Of a stretch of DNA of 64,000 nucleotides, positions 35,535 to 48,627 are shown piece by piece (positions within the stretch are counted from its first letter, which is position 1; every line of letters starts with the position of its first letter). The notes under the pieces are model-generated. The model was not told the origin of the DNA. It ran no database searches and saw only the letters and a program-made list of their open reading frames with translations. The stretch lies in contig OZ316894.1 in assembly GCA_973895155.1 (NCBI GenBank), forward strand, positions 22,725,867 through 22,789,866. Reading direction: 5' to 3'. This stretch comes from Marsupella aquatica (Eukaryota > Plantae > Marchantiophyta). The position numbers and the translations under genes are program-made.

Positions 35535-38500
35535 CTATGTGTGTATTTCTTGTCCACCCCACAATTCTTTGCCAGTGCCGTGTATTAGGAGTACCCGCGT
35601 TAGACCTTGGGTAACTTTCTCACAATATTCCATGTATGTGGCAGGTTCCATTCCTTGGTAGTGATCTGGTAGGTTAAGAAGGACAAGCCGAGCGTCTTTC
35701 GAGTGTTCCAGGATGATGTCGTTCAACTCATTTGGCGAATAGTTTTGACTGAAAGTTTCCCAAGTCCTCTTTACAACCTCTGGCACATCTATCGATGTCC
35801 CAGCAGCATAGTCGGACTTGTGTGGAGATCCCGGGTATAGTTGCCCTGCACTGCTGGCACGCACCAGCGGTCGACCACCTTCCTTCTGAAAACAACCTCA
35901 CGACGTTGTCAGTGATTAGCTTCAACTGTAATTGATGTCCAGTCTAGACAAATCCTTTACAGGAATACAATACTTTAAGAAGTTGAGAGAACGGAGGATA
36001 CGTTTTGGCAATACACTGTTGTACTTTTTCAGCATCTGAACTGTGCCAATAAGCCCCTACAGTTGAGTACGATGTTACTTGATAATGTCGCCAAAGCCAA
36101 AATTCCCGGTTCTGCCGAACTACTGCAGACTAGGCTGGGTCAACATAATTACCTCGGCATTGTTATCGTCGTCTTCTTTGGCTCCCTCCACAATAATTTC
36201 AAGTTCTGTATCTTCCTGTACATTGTTTCCAAATTTATTGGCCCACCTAGTCTCTTTTCCACCTCTGTCTTCACTTGATTCTGCGGTAGACACAGTTGAA
36301 TCTATCAAGTCTGGGTTCCGATCCTCCCCAGTGGACTTTGCCCCTGCCAGTTCTCTTCTCAATTCGTCAGATTCTGATGCTGAGAATGGAATTTTTATTT
36401 TCTCATGGGTTAGTGAGCCACCCTCGATTATGGGGACAGAGCTGGTCGCGTCTGTAGATCTTAATCTGGCTTCAAATGGATCCCCCGGGATGCCCTGCGT
36501 CTCCGATTTTAGACTTTCTCCGCTTTTTTTGGTGCTACTCAATGTGGCTGAGGGTAAATCCCTCTCCTGTGAATAGAAAGGTAGAGAGCATACAACAGAG
36601 ATCAGAATATGCAAAATAGTTTTTGGGCAAACACGAAATTGCCTGTATTAAGAATGCTTATGAATGTTTCTCCCAAGAAACTGTATTCAACCGTGTTCTA
36701 GCATTGAGCGAGGTTCCTTTGTGATGACAGAGCATTCGTTTGGTCAAAAGTGACAAAGCAAAATAGACTATAGAGAATGGGTCAGACAATTGCCCGATCA
36801 ACAATCTATTCATTTCTTACCGTGTTAACCCTGCCCCCAGAACCCCCACCAGTTTGCACTTTCAATGCTTGTGTAGGGCCACTACGCGGCCTTGGCTGAT
36901 ATGGAGTATCCTCCAGCATACTCAGTTCAGTTGGAACAATTTTCTTCAGAATACTTTCAACTTTACGGCCTAATTTGCTCTTCGTCGTTTTCGCTGCCGA
37001 CATCAGCTTCCCCCTCTTTCCCGTTTTGGAATGGTCCAACTCTTCTTCTTGGTCAGGGACATTCCTGGGAAGACAGCCAAAGACGAATGCGATTCACATC
37101 CCATTGTCAAGAGTATTCAGTCTTAAAATCTTGACATTGTTTTCCATAAATCTTCGTGTGTACGTTAATTTCATGAATAACTGACAACTTATCATTTTTG
37201 GTATTGGACATAGGTGAACGGGTGTAGTGCAACGGATGAACGAATGTACGATTAACTCTATTCTGTGACCTCCTACATAACCACAGCAATAGAGCCAGCA
37301 ATGGTGAATGGCTGTAGATTCCCTGCAAAACACATCTGATTAAACAGTGCAGGTAGAATCTCTTCAGAAGTGTCACGCAATGTAAATTTTCTTTCGTCTT
37401 TGGATTACTGCTCCGTTGATAAACGTTCACAATGTCATTTATTCATTTATCCCATCATAAAACTAGAATTAGATGTAAAGGCTTACCCGTGGAACTTTTC
37501 AAATCTTCCACTGTCAGCTGCTTTGCTCTGGTTGTCCTGCCAACAAGAAGAAGCTTAGTGAACGCTCCACTTTCAGCCAGACTTTTGAAGAAAATGAAAG
37601 CCAAGTCACGTGCTGCAAAGAACAAATGAATGAGTTCTGCACTCTGAATTTTAAGGCTTTCAACCAAAGAAAATATGCAGTGTGCTCCATAAAAGTAGTA
37701 ATACCAAGTTCTCATGGCTTACTATTGCAGACTGTCCCGTTCGATCGTCAAGAGGGACCCCATGGGTGCTGAGGAGTTCACTGGCATGACGAATGGTTTG
37801 AGGACTTTGACGATCTGATGGCCTGTCCTTAAAAATATCGTCCAGAGTTTGTCTGTCACCAGACTTGCTTGGCTCAAGTGGAGTCTTCTCTGATGACTCG
37901 AAGCCCTCTAATTGTATTCCAGCCCCCGGATTTCCCACTGCCTTTATCGACGCTTGCCTACTCAGCTCGGGCTTTTTCTGCTGGCCCTGACCAAGCCTGC
38001 ATGAGTAACCACTCAATGAAGATTTACCGGACACCGTTTGAATACTAAAATCCGAATTGAGATCAATATATCCAAAATCAACGAACCCCCTTTAATACAA
38101 AATATGGAGATCCTTCGCTCTGCTTCGCCTTATGATCAAGGACAGGATTGGCCACGTGACGCGCTGATTGACTATCAAATCTACCCAATTACGACATTTG
38201 TGTGACTTGCATGCTCACGAGATAAAGCTAAATAGGCAAAGCTTGATATAAAAAATGCAATTCCTGAACTGTCCATTTGATTTCAAACGTATAAATTATA
38301 GGGTTCTCAGAAACCCAGAAACTGCATCTTCGGACTTTCGCCCGGACTCGGAAAATGCTCAATGAGATCCCATCTCACCGTTTGTGTATCACATAACGAA
38401 GTGACCAAAATGGAGGACCGTTGAATTTGCTAGCAAATTCATGACTGTAGATAGTACAAAGTTGGGACAAGTCGTCATTTGTGTTCAGAAAGAGATGGTC

Positions 38501-41500
38501 AACCCTTACCTGTACTCAGCGACCTCTTTTGCAAAAGCGCGAGCTTCCTCAAGACGAATTGTGGTGTCATAGGTATATGGTGCCAGCCCACCTGATGCAA
38601 TGTCAAAAACCTGTACCTCTGCCTTGATTCGGACCTGGAAAAAACCAATTTGCTTGAGTCATACCAGTGAGATCTTTTATTGTAGTGCACAACATGTACG
38701 ACAACGAACGAGATGCAAAATCTTTACAACAGCAGGAAGCTTTGTGCTAGCTCAATGTATAATCTCTGATTTGTCAGATAGCATAAGAGTTATGGGGGCT
38801 ATTCCAACCAGTTCATAAGAGTTGATGCGAGGGTTATCTTCTAAAATTGAGTACAATGAAATTTGACTTGTACTCTTAAATCTCAACCATACAGACTGTG
38901 AAGGAGCATACTCTGTTTAGGGTCTGAAGCAAATTTCTTTTCACCAACAATGTATCGTGCATCTGATCTGAAATTGCGCATACACGTAGCTTGCACTTAC
39001 GCCAGATTCGGTGTTGCTTCAGTAGATGTGCTAGAATCAAAAGCAATCCGCCATCATGAACCATCCACCAGACATCAATGTATCCATCTTGCTGAGTCCC
39101 TTCAGTTGGAAACTCCTCCAAATTCATGCAAAGGACGACAGCCTTGTTGACGGCTTTACACTCATCCAAGATTTCTAACATGACCTGTGCAAGAGACACC
39201 CAGAGGCAGAGGCCCATTGTAAATTTCGAAATAATCAGAATAGATCAAGACATGTAAGGTGAGTCGAACAATGTCCTAGCAACTACTTCCTACATATACC
39301 AAATAGCTGGAAATTTCGTACTCGAGATTTTGCAAATAAAGGTCTAAACGTTTAAACAAGATTACGATCAGTGAAGTTAATCTTCCTTACAAACATTTGA
39401 AGTCTTACTTCTATATCTCTTGCTGGAAAAACCTTAGGAAGCATGAAAAAGGCATTCCTAAAGTAGTGATGAGAGGATCGAAAGAAAAACTAGGCAAAAC
39501 TTGAGAGTAACGAATAAATGACCAGAACTGCCACTGCCATTGACCCAGCCTCTTATACTTTTGGCCAGAAACAAGGACATCATATGCTAACCTTGGCACT
39601 GTGATAATGTCCTTCCTCATACCACTTGTTGGGCCAACCCAGCACCAATGTGTTGGGCTCCAAAGCACCCAATCCAGATGACTGTATCGCATAAGTTTTT
39701 CCCTCTCTATATGAGGGAGCCACCAATACCCTTGCAAACCCTGTTACATTTGCCGTTTGCATGGTATTTTCAAGTTCTAACTGCAAAGCAAAAACCGGCA
39801 TCCAATTTGTTAGACCCTGGAGACTATCTGAATCGACTTTGGTGGAATGTCGACTTGGAACAAAAATCTCGTCAGCATTAGCAGAAACTATAAACCTTAG
39901 ACCATGTTTTGCCTTCTGGGCAGGTTTGAGTGATTGATAGATAAAATTCAAATAGGTTTGAAGTCATCCAGAGTTACTGTACCCTTTCTGCTTCTACTTG
40001 TGGTGCCAGTTTCTCTATGGTGCCTTCGAGGATGGTTGCAACCACACACAGTCCTCGACCCTGTAAGCGGCAACACAAAGACTGTAATCAGAATCTGGCT
40101 TCTTTGAGAGAATCGTTCATCGATGAATACACAGATCAGAGTAATCACGAGCGTCTTGTCATGGCAATTTGGCAGTAAACTATTTAGGATACAAAATCTG
40201 GAAATAAGCTGGAGCCATTGATAATTTTTTAACATGTCCAATAAGTATGCTACATGGGTATACGTTCTTCGCTTTCCCAGACGTGGAAACAGAAACATTA
40301 AAACAGAGTATAACCTTCTTTAGCTGTGAAACAAACAACATAAATTCTTCATTATTATGATCATCTGCGACCCTGGCTGACCGAGGTTTACAGAGACACA
40401 ATAACTGTGGCCTCCAATTCACTGTGTAGCGAGCCTCATGGCCAACAGCATGGATGCTTTGGACTGCAAGATGCAAGCGCAATCCTCCTAATCCACTCCC
40501 CCAGTCTACTTCCACCTGTCAGTGAGAAACCATATAATTAAGCTGTTAATGGGTTCAAATAACTGTCTCTCATTAAATGTTAAAAGCAAAGAATTTCAGA
40601 GAAACTGTGTTGCAGTAAGGATATCAGACCTAGTCCTGATAATCTTCCTCCAAGCTTGAAAAGATGTAAATCCAAAACTAACGGCCCTAAAGCATTCCTC
40701 CTTTCTGTTTAGAGTACAAATGAACCATGTATGCTTAGTTGAAGAGTTTATGAATAAACCTGACGATAATCAATATAGATGTATATGAAAGCCTGTACCA
40801 CCACAGCTACAATAGCCCAGTACCACTTGATGACGAAGCTGATTGCAAAGCATAGCAAGAAACCTGCCAGAGCAGCGCTCCAATGATAGAACTTCCATTT
40901 TGGCCTCCAACTGGTGAGCAAGCCTGGTTAATAGTATGAGCTAACGATAGCCAAAACATTATGTTCCATGCCAACAGCCTAATCCTATTAAATGATGTGA
41001 TGCTTACATGAAGTGTGCAAACGAGTAGCACAACATATTGCAAGGTTTTCCTTGTTCGGTTCAAGACCTACCTTGGGGCTTTTACGACGGAGAAGACAAA
41101 ACAAGACAGGTTGAGAGCTGAATAAGCTGTCAAGAAGCATATTGACACAAGAGGTGCAACCGCATCAAGACTCCCGATCATTGCCGCGAAAATACACAAA
41201 ATAGTGGTTACTACCAGTGCTCTCCTAGGCTCCCCAGTCTTCGAAGTCTTAGAGAGACGCCTCAAAAAAGGAATAACTCCATCATTTGCAATAGCCTGCA
41301 CCAGTGCAATATATGAAACTAAAGACAGTGAATATTATTACTGCAGATGTTGAAGTCACATAAGTTTGGATGGCAACGAAATCAATAATGAATGATCCAA
41401 ACTTCGTGCGAAGAGCCAAGAATGGTCCTTTTCAAGTATACCTGGAGTAGGCGAGGAGAAGTGATAAGGCACTGCAATGCTTGCGCCATAGAGGCAACAA

Positions 41501-44056
41501 TGATGCCAAGCTGTGTCAGGATTGCAAGGGGGAATGCAACATCATTCACTACCTCCAGGTTTTGTCCATAACCCCTTTCAGTGCCATCCGCACCTCTACC
41601 GAGTAGGTAATCACGAGTACCGACAGCTGCCCAGAAACCCATGTATGACAGGTACATCACCATGCTAATCGTTACAGCCCCAATTGTTCCAGCAGGTACC
41701 GACTTCTCTGGACAAGCCAAATTCTTGGCCCGGTCTGCACCGCTGTAAGCACGCTAGTGAATTTGCGTTCAACCTCATCGAATTCTTAGCAAACAGCCAT
41801 CCAAAAATTCTGAATAGTTCAACGACGAGAAGGCAGGGAAAGTTCCTTATTTGAACTCAACATGTAGATGTCTAACCTGAGAATTCCTGTGAAGCACGGG
41901 AAGAAAATGGCGAGTGCAACAGGAAAGGAAACGCCCGAGTCGTAGCCAGGGTTCCAGTTGTTCGTAAATGTGCTCCACTTTAGACCAGTCAAGTTTGCTG
42001 GTGCATTTCCACGGGGTGCGGTAAATAAACCCAAGTAATAGGAGCACATGGCGTAGATGACAACAAAGAAAAACACCAGGCTTAACTTCGAGACAAAACT
42101 TATTCCAAAATAGACCTGCATCAATCGTAACTCAAAGATCAGAACGCCAACGATCAAGAATAGGTTCATCACACTTGCGACAACATTCCATGTCCATAAC
42201 GCAAAATCAGCATCGACTCCACTTCAACACAATTAACTGAGAAGATTAAAGCTGCCGATCAATGACTTCTTGTAAGGACACCCGCACACGCACAAACAGT
42301 CATCATCAGACAGCTACTTGCTGCGATTCAGTACCAAATCCCCTGTTCAGTAACAAAAAAGTTCAGATTTAAAACCAAACTATCGAGATCGTGCGGGAGG
42401 TTCGTGAGAGTATTGTTACCAGGAAACCCAAGAGTGCAAGTATCGAGGCACCCATCACTCGATTGGATGAAGAAAACTGCAGTGCTGGGAAAGTAAACAG
42501 CAACATTTCCACTGCTCCAAGAGACTGCAAGAAACGATTCGATTCAAGCGATTGTTTGTGCCACATGTAAGTCACATTCACTATAATGTCAATCGCTTCT
42601 ATATCCAATATTCAGAGGAATTTAAAAGTGACTAAAATATCCCTAGAGCATCGCAAATCCATTCCACTATTAAAAATTGACGTGAATGCATATCTTCGGT
42701 TAAGCACAAATAATTCTGCGTTTCTTGAGACGACTACCCTAGAAAGTCAATGCCATGGCTTAATCAATTACTGCAGAACATCGGACTGAGTGGAGGAGCA
42801 ACTTAAATTGAGGACTGCTGCAGTCCACGCTCAAATGTGATCTCTGTCGAGCATATCGTGCAGAGGGTATAATTATCCTCACTAACAACTTTCTTATCAA
42901 AATCGTAACCTCAGAGTATCGTACCTCGAGTACGGCGAGTAGAGACACTCCTAGATAGTACATAACCCCAACAGTACCACCTAATTTCGGTCCAAGCGCC
43001 CTTGAAATGAGATAGCTGGGGGACAACATAACATGTACGTCAACGCCACCAATATATAGGCGTAGATATGAGAGGCACTAAAGGAAAATTTGGTCCCTAC
43101 ATGTCAGAACCACGCGCTCTTGCCATCATCGATTCTTGCGACTGCGGCAGCAGGAACTATCTTCAAGTACAACTCGGGGATCTAAATTAAGATGGGAAGG
43201 CAGCTGTTCTAAGATTTGAAACTTGAGGAATGTGGACGGGGTGTCCGATAAATGATATTAAATGGAGTACGTACTATGTCCCTCCTTCTTCAATGGGTCC
43301 GTTTGTGGCGATAGCACTCAACGACATGGTTGTAGACATAGCGCAGGAAAATGATATGAAAACAACGATGAATGTTTGCCAGACACCAGCATTCCCGACA
43401 ATGTAGTAGAATCGCAAAAAAATCAGCACCCCTACAAGGACAACAAGCTGAAGTTGTCAAGTCACAGGTCATGTCTAAACGATGAACCGAATTCCAGCAT
43501 CTTTTATGCCTCTTCCACAGTTGCAAGCAATGACGACATAATTTCTCAAAGATGGCTTTGTAAATACATGAAATATGTTTGCCTGTACATATTTCCCCCT
43601 AAAAAACTGCGACAACTATGTACAATAACGGCAGTTCAAGAATCACACATCATGAACTTGAAGAAGGTTCAATTCAACCTACTACAGCACAAGCCGCGAA
43701 ATCAAGATAGAGATACTACGGGAAGGAGTGTAGTATCTATGATGGGAAAATTGAAACTCACCCCACATGTTCTCGCAGACAGGAATAAGGACACCGGTGA
43801 TCGTCCCCAAGCCGGGCTTCGGTTTATCATGATTTCCCCCCTTGATCTTATTCACAATTACAGCAGGATTAAACCTCGGAAAGCGCTTCTTCAGGCCCTT
43901 TCCATCAGAATGTTCTTGTTTCCAGGTCAGTCTCGTATCCTTTGGCCCTTCTTCCAACGACTCCGAAGATGACGCACGAGCAAAAATCTTCCTACTGATC
44001 GAATTGCAACCGGAGAATATACCCTTGCCATGATTTCCACCTTGTTCCCCCTCCAT
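35535..44056 (-). CDS. CCC: Cation-chloride cotransporter (SLC12 family), probably the CCC2 clade, ~1269 aa, 18 exons
   Basis: Exons: 44056-43762, 43431-43275, 43015-42925, 42524-42420, 42115-41877, 41742-41442, 41295-41072, 40910-40760, 40515-40315, 40060-39983, 39780-39592, 39184-38912, 38634-38510, 38044-37723, 37536-37487, 37064-36821, 36566-36153, 35885-35535. All introns are GT-AG and in phase (3810 nt). Motifs: GVLIPVCENMWGVLIFLRF, GGTYYLISRALG, FFPCFTGILSGADRA, SPRLLQAIAND, NWRPQLL, GLGALEPNTLVLGWP, IDVWWMVHDGGLL, LVLLNLP. Confidence 0.93.
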
Positions 44057-44559
44057 GACGTGCGATAAATCTGCAGGGCACGAGCGAGCAATTTATAATT
44101 TAAGACACTCTCATTTGCAGCGTAGAGCTGACTCGCTGGCATAAGTGATAGTAAGAACGTGACCTGAAGTTAGCCTCAGAACGATAGAATTACTGGGGAA
44201 TAAGTAACTGTTGTCAGAACTGCACCACACAGCACGCTGAACCTACGGAGCGAGAACGAATCCACCATGGAGTATAAAACGTTAATTCTGGTCGCGGTAC
44301 GTTTGATTTCTGCTCATTCCTCACTAGATTTGTGGATACGGGGAAAGGACTTCGACATCAAGTCACTGCAACGAACCTACTAAACTGACTCGGTGCATAT
44401 ATCAATCGGAGGTCAACGAAAAGAAACTTGACGACATTAAATGCCCCCAAGAAATCAAGAATTTAGGTTTGGAATACAAAGTCGGGACGATATTTGCGGT
44501 TCTCCACCCGATTCGAAAGCAACAATCACACGCAGAAGAAAATTGTCGTGAATCGAGTA

Positions 44560-44604
44560 GTCAATAAGGTGAGTGTCAATAAGGTGAGCGTCAATAAGGT
44601 GAGT
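44560..44604. repeat. 15-bp tandem repeat x3 (GTCAATAAGGTGAGY)
   Basis: Read directly from the sequence. Confidence 0.9.
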
Positions 44605-47600
44605 TCACAGGGCGCACATGGCTGTGGTCCCCGCTATAATCCATCCGATGTTTTGTATATTGGCAAGAGTTGCGACTAAGAAAGTTGGAATAACAACAAA
44701 CCTGTGTGCCGCGGGTGCGGCTCCACCGTTTGATATTATCCCATAGTATTTTTTGGTGGATGTCGTCCGCCGACGGAATTAGACGTTTCGCAGTTCGTTC
44801 ACATCTGATTTCGCCACCGTGGGAGATAACGAACGTACCTCACTAGACAATGACTATGATACTTGTACAAAAGTGGTTCTAGGCCAGACAGACATTTTTT
44901 CAAATTTGAATGCTCGAAAAGAAACTATGCTCTGGGTCCCGCCCAGTCCATTGTTCTTTTGTCGAGCGAAGTAGCGCATCATGAAAATACGGAGGTTGGA
45001 AGACAAGAAGCACTGAAATGCGATCAGTATGTCACTCTCATGGATTGAGCAGCTCTATCAGTTTAGGTGTGATGCTTTCCTTCGATTCTGGGACAAGCTC
45101 AGCACTGGTTGCTAAATGCTGAGTGCAGTGGCAGTCGTTGTTGCACCGCAATTTGAGCAATCGAACAACGATTTGGGTAGGAGTTTCTAATCGGACGCAA
45201 GAGGGCAAATAGTTGTGACCATGTTTGATAGCACTTCTTATCGTCCAACTGAAAGAACCTCCCGTCTCTCAAATCATGAAGTATCCAAAAAGTTTACCAA
45301 CTCACACCTGAAACAATACATGCATGACACATAACTATGAAGGACAAAGGCACAATTCACACTGCTATCCCACATCAAAGCCGAGGATCCGGAGCAATAG
45401 AAGGTATCGGTCACCGCTTTCGTGATTTAGACGTCGAGCGCACGATTACGAGAAGTTTTTCAGGACGAAAGACAGTTAAGGCAGCTGCTGCTGGTTTGGT
45501 AGTTACAGCTGCAAGGCAAGTCACCGTTCCTCTGTAAAAGCTATGATAGCCACTCACCGTAATACATTAATTTTCGAGATCGAGCTCTCATGGACCGCTG
45601 GCTAGCAATTTGTGCGGCGGGTCACAAAATTAAGCGAAAATGTATCAATTGCGGATGAAATGATTCCGTGCCAAACCCAAATTAATCGAGAATGTGGAGA
45701 GGTGGATGCAGTTGCAGACGACCTGTCACGAATCTCTCATCGTGGCGGTTGGCTCCAACGTCCATAGTAGCAGATCAAAGGTCGGACTCACGAGCGTAAA
45801 ATAGGTAAAACTTTTTGATAGCATGACGGTACACTGTTCAGCACATACTTACCTTGAAATTTCAAGCGGGCGCAGACGGGATCGAATTGGCTGAAGGTAA
45901 TCTACTAGTTTTTGAAGAATTTCGTCAATGGAAAGACCGGATTTCCTCACAGCAAATGGATACGTTGCAGACCAGCTCCAATCTTGAACATACCTCGACT
46001 GCGCTTGGTGCTCGGAGCCCGTGACGGGACCTCGGACATAGCCTGCAAAAACCACGCCGGGAAGTGTAGAAAGGCGTTTCTCCGGGTGATAAGTTGCAAT
46101 TCACCAAAGTCTGGGCTTCCTCGGAATTCACAATCAGGTGTTTCCCCGGCGAAGTTCCTGTTCACCAAGTCGGCCATTCCTCGAACTCCACAATCGGGTT
46201 GCAAAACAAAAATACTGGAATGAGCAATACCCACAGCTCATCGCCAAGGCTTTTATTAAAAATAGCCTACTGGGTACACAAATAGGAATGGACTAGTTTA
46301 GTCCATAAGAAGTAGAGGCCCATGACGAGTGGAAAAGGAGCCAATCACACATCAAAAATGTGGTAATATAAGGTGCCCAGTCACATATCAATACCTGGTA
46401 ATGTAATGTAAGGTGTGCACTCATTAATTTAAATAAAATAACAAGGTTGATCATGGTGTGGAGTGATATAATACACAGTATATGTTATATTTGATGTTTG
46501 ATGTACGTGCAGTGAGTTACCAAGACCCTACAAGGAGTACAGAGCCTAAAAAGACTTGGTGCAGTTATGGGCCAATTGCCAAAGCTTAACTTACTATAGG
46601 ATGTCCCACACGAGAGAGCCAACAAAAAAACGGCATTGGTGGTGTTGGCCAAGTGGTTCATGTTTTAAGTGGTCAAGGGACTAGAAGAATGTGGAGGTTA
46701 GGAAGGGCTAGCGTTCATTTTTCAATAATTTGAGAGTGTGGTGGTGTTTAGGTGGTCAGAGGATTAGATAAGAGTGGAGGTCAGGAAGCACTAGTGCTCA
46801 GTTTTCAAAAGGCAAGAGGCTAGACAAAGCTGTACCAGTCCGAATCTCTGACTGTGGTCACGTTATGATCTCATAGCTCAATATCCGTGCATTGCACAGA
46901 AGAAGTCGTTGCACAAAGAAACCTTTGCATCAAAGATGACATTGCGTTGAATATATCATTGCGCAAAAATGATGTCATCATACTAAAGATGTTGTGGAGG
47001 AAAGGATGTTGCTATGTAAGGTTCTTGTGTAAAAGATGTTGTTGTATAAAAATGTTGTTTCATGTTGGATGTGATCGAGTAAATGACATTGATAGATTCA
47101 AAGAGATGTTGTAAAAATATGTAATTTAATAAGTAATACATTTGCAGGACAAGGATTGCAACCTACAAAGGGAAAGAAAATCATTGTAATTAAAAACATT
47201 GAATAGCAAAAAGAACACGTGATGAAGTCTTTATTCATTGAAGTAGAGAACTCCTCAGTGAACTCCTATAATCACATGTGAGGGGAAGGTGGGAAGAGCA
47301 AGGACCATGATGATTTTTGTCCTCCGCACACAATTGTTTTTTCTCTTCCATTATGACTTTTATCCTCCATGATAGTTTTTCTCCTCAATGTTGATTTTCC
47401 TTGTGTGCAAGTCAAATGATTTTGGCCTCCCCGGCCTCTCCTTTCTCCGTTCTTCTTGATCATTCCTCACCCCTCCTCCTTTTCCCATTTTCCTATTTTG
47501 TCATTATTTTTCATTTTGCTTCACAGTCTTTCCTTTCCTTAGCATGGCAGTTGTCAAATTGTGTAAGATTGTCATACTAAAAAACCATGGGACTATTTAT

Positions 47601-47650
47601 CATAGTTCATGGGTGCAAAAGTGTTGTTTGGTTTTGGTTTGGTTGTTATT

Positions 47651-48627
47651 ACCCCGAGTTAAATCTACATCACGTTAATGCTCCCCCACTTCCCCGAAGC
47701 GCCGTACACTGCCCGTCCAAGTCTCCGATGCTGTTGCCCGCTCCGGCCCAAGTTTGGCAGAACATAAACCAATACTCTACAATTTAAATAATGCGCTCCG
47801 GCCCGATTAACTTTGCGCCATCGACTTCAGGTTTATGTTTTGGCACCCAAAATGTTTTGTCGGCCGCTCTGGCCCAATTGACTTTGTGCCATCAACTTTT
47901 TGGAAGAAGTGTTGCCAAAACATAAACCACCACTCCATAGAGAATAAATATTTGGCACAACATAAACCAAGACTCTATCAGTCATGACTCTCGGCCAAAG
48001 TATTAGGCTCCCCTTGAACATTGAGACTCTATTACAAAATAGGTATGACTCCATTGGAAAGAAGTGTTGACAGAACATAAACCCTGACTCCATCGAGAAG
48101 AAGCATTTGGAAAAACATCTACCAAGACTCTAGAATCACGACTCTTAACCAAAATACTAGGTTGTGCCTAAACACTTAGACACTGTTACCAAACAAGCAT
48201 GAATCCCTTGGAAAGAAGTATTGCCAAAACATTAATCACAACTCCATAGAGAATAAGTATTTGGCACAACATAAACCAAGACTTTATAAATCATGACTCT
48301 TAACCAAAGTACTAGGTTTGCCCTGAACACTTAGACTCTGTTGGAAAGAAGTGTTGCCAGAACATAAACCAAGACTCCACAAGGAATAAATCGATGACAC
48401 AAACTTAAGTCGTCAGGCCGGAGCAAGCAAAGGTACCAAAACATAAACCCAAAGTCGATGACCCAAAGTTTATCGGGTCGGAGGGCTTGACAAAATGGTA
48501 GAGTATTGGTTTATGTTCTGCCAAACTTGGGCCGGAGCGGGCAGCAACATCGGGGACTAGGACGGGCAGTGTACAACGCCCCGGGGCAGTGGGGGAGCAT
48601 TAACGTGATGTAGATTTAACTCGGGGT
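47651..48627. mobile_element. Non-autonomous Mutator-like (MULE/foldback) element, 977 bp, long TIRs, 9-bp TSD GTTGTTATT
   Basis: The termini ACCCCGAGTTAAATCTACATCACGTTAATGCTCCCCCAC and GTGGGGGAGCATTAACGTGATGTAGATTTAACTCGGGGT are reverse complements. Similarity is strong for ~130 bp and patchy to ~250 bp. GTTGTTATT lies at 47642-47650 and 48628-48636. Internal ~154-bp tandem units span ~47900-48380. Confidence 0.92.

Noticed and set aside
43376-43972. 198-aa plus-strand ORF
   Set aside because: Antisense to CCC exons 1-2 and the intron between them, starts at TTG, and has no motif.
44560-44604. Triple consensus splice donor AG|GTGAG as a regulatory device
   Set aside because: It is on the plus strand while the adjacent gene is on the minus strand, and no plus-strand exon is evident. 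A simple slippage repeat.
45849-46285. Cluster of short ORFs as a small gene
   Set aside because: No homology recognised. More likely the first non-coding exon or promoter of the CCC gene.
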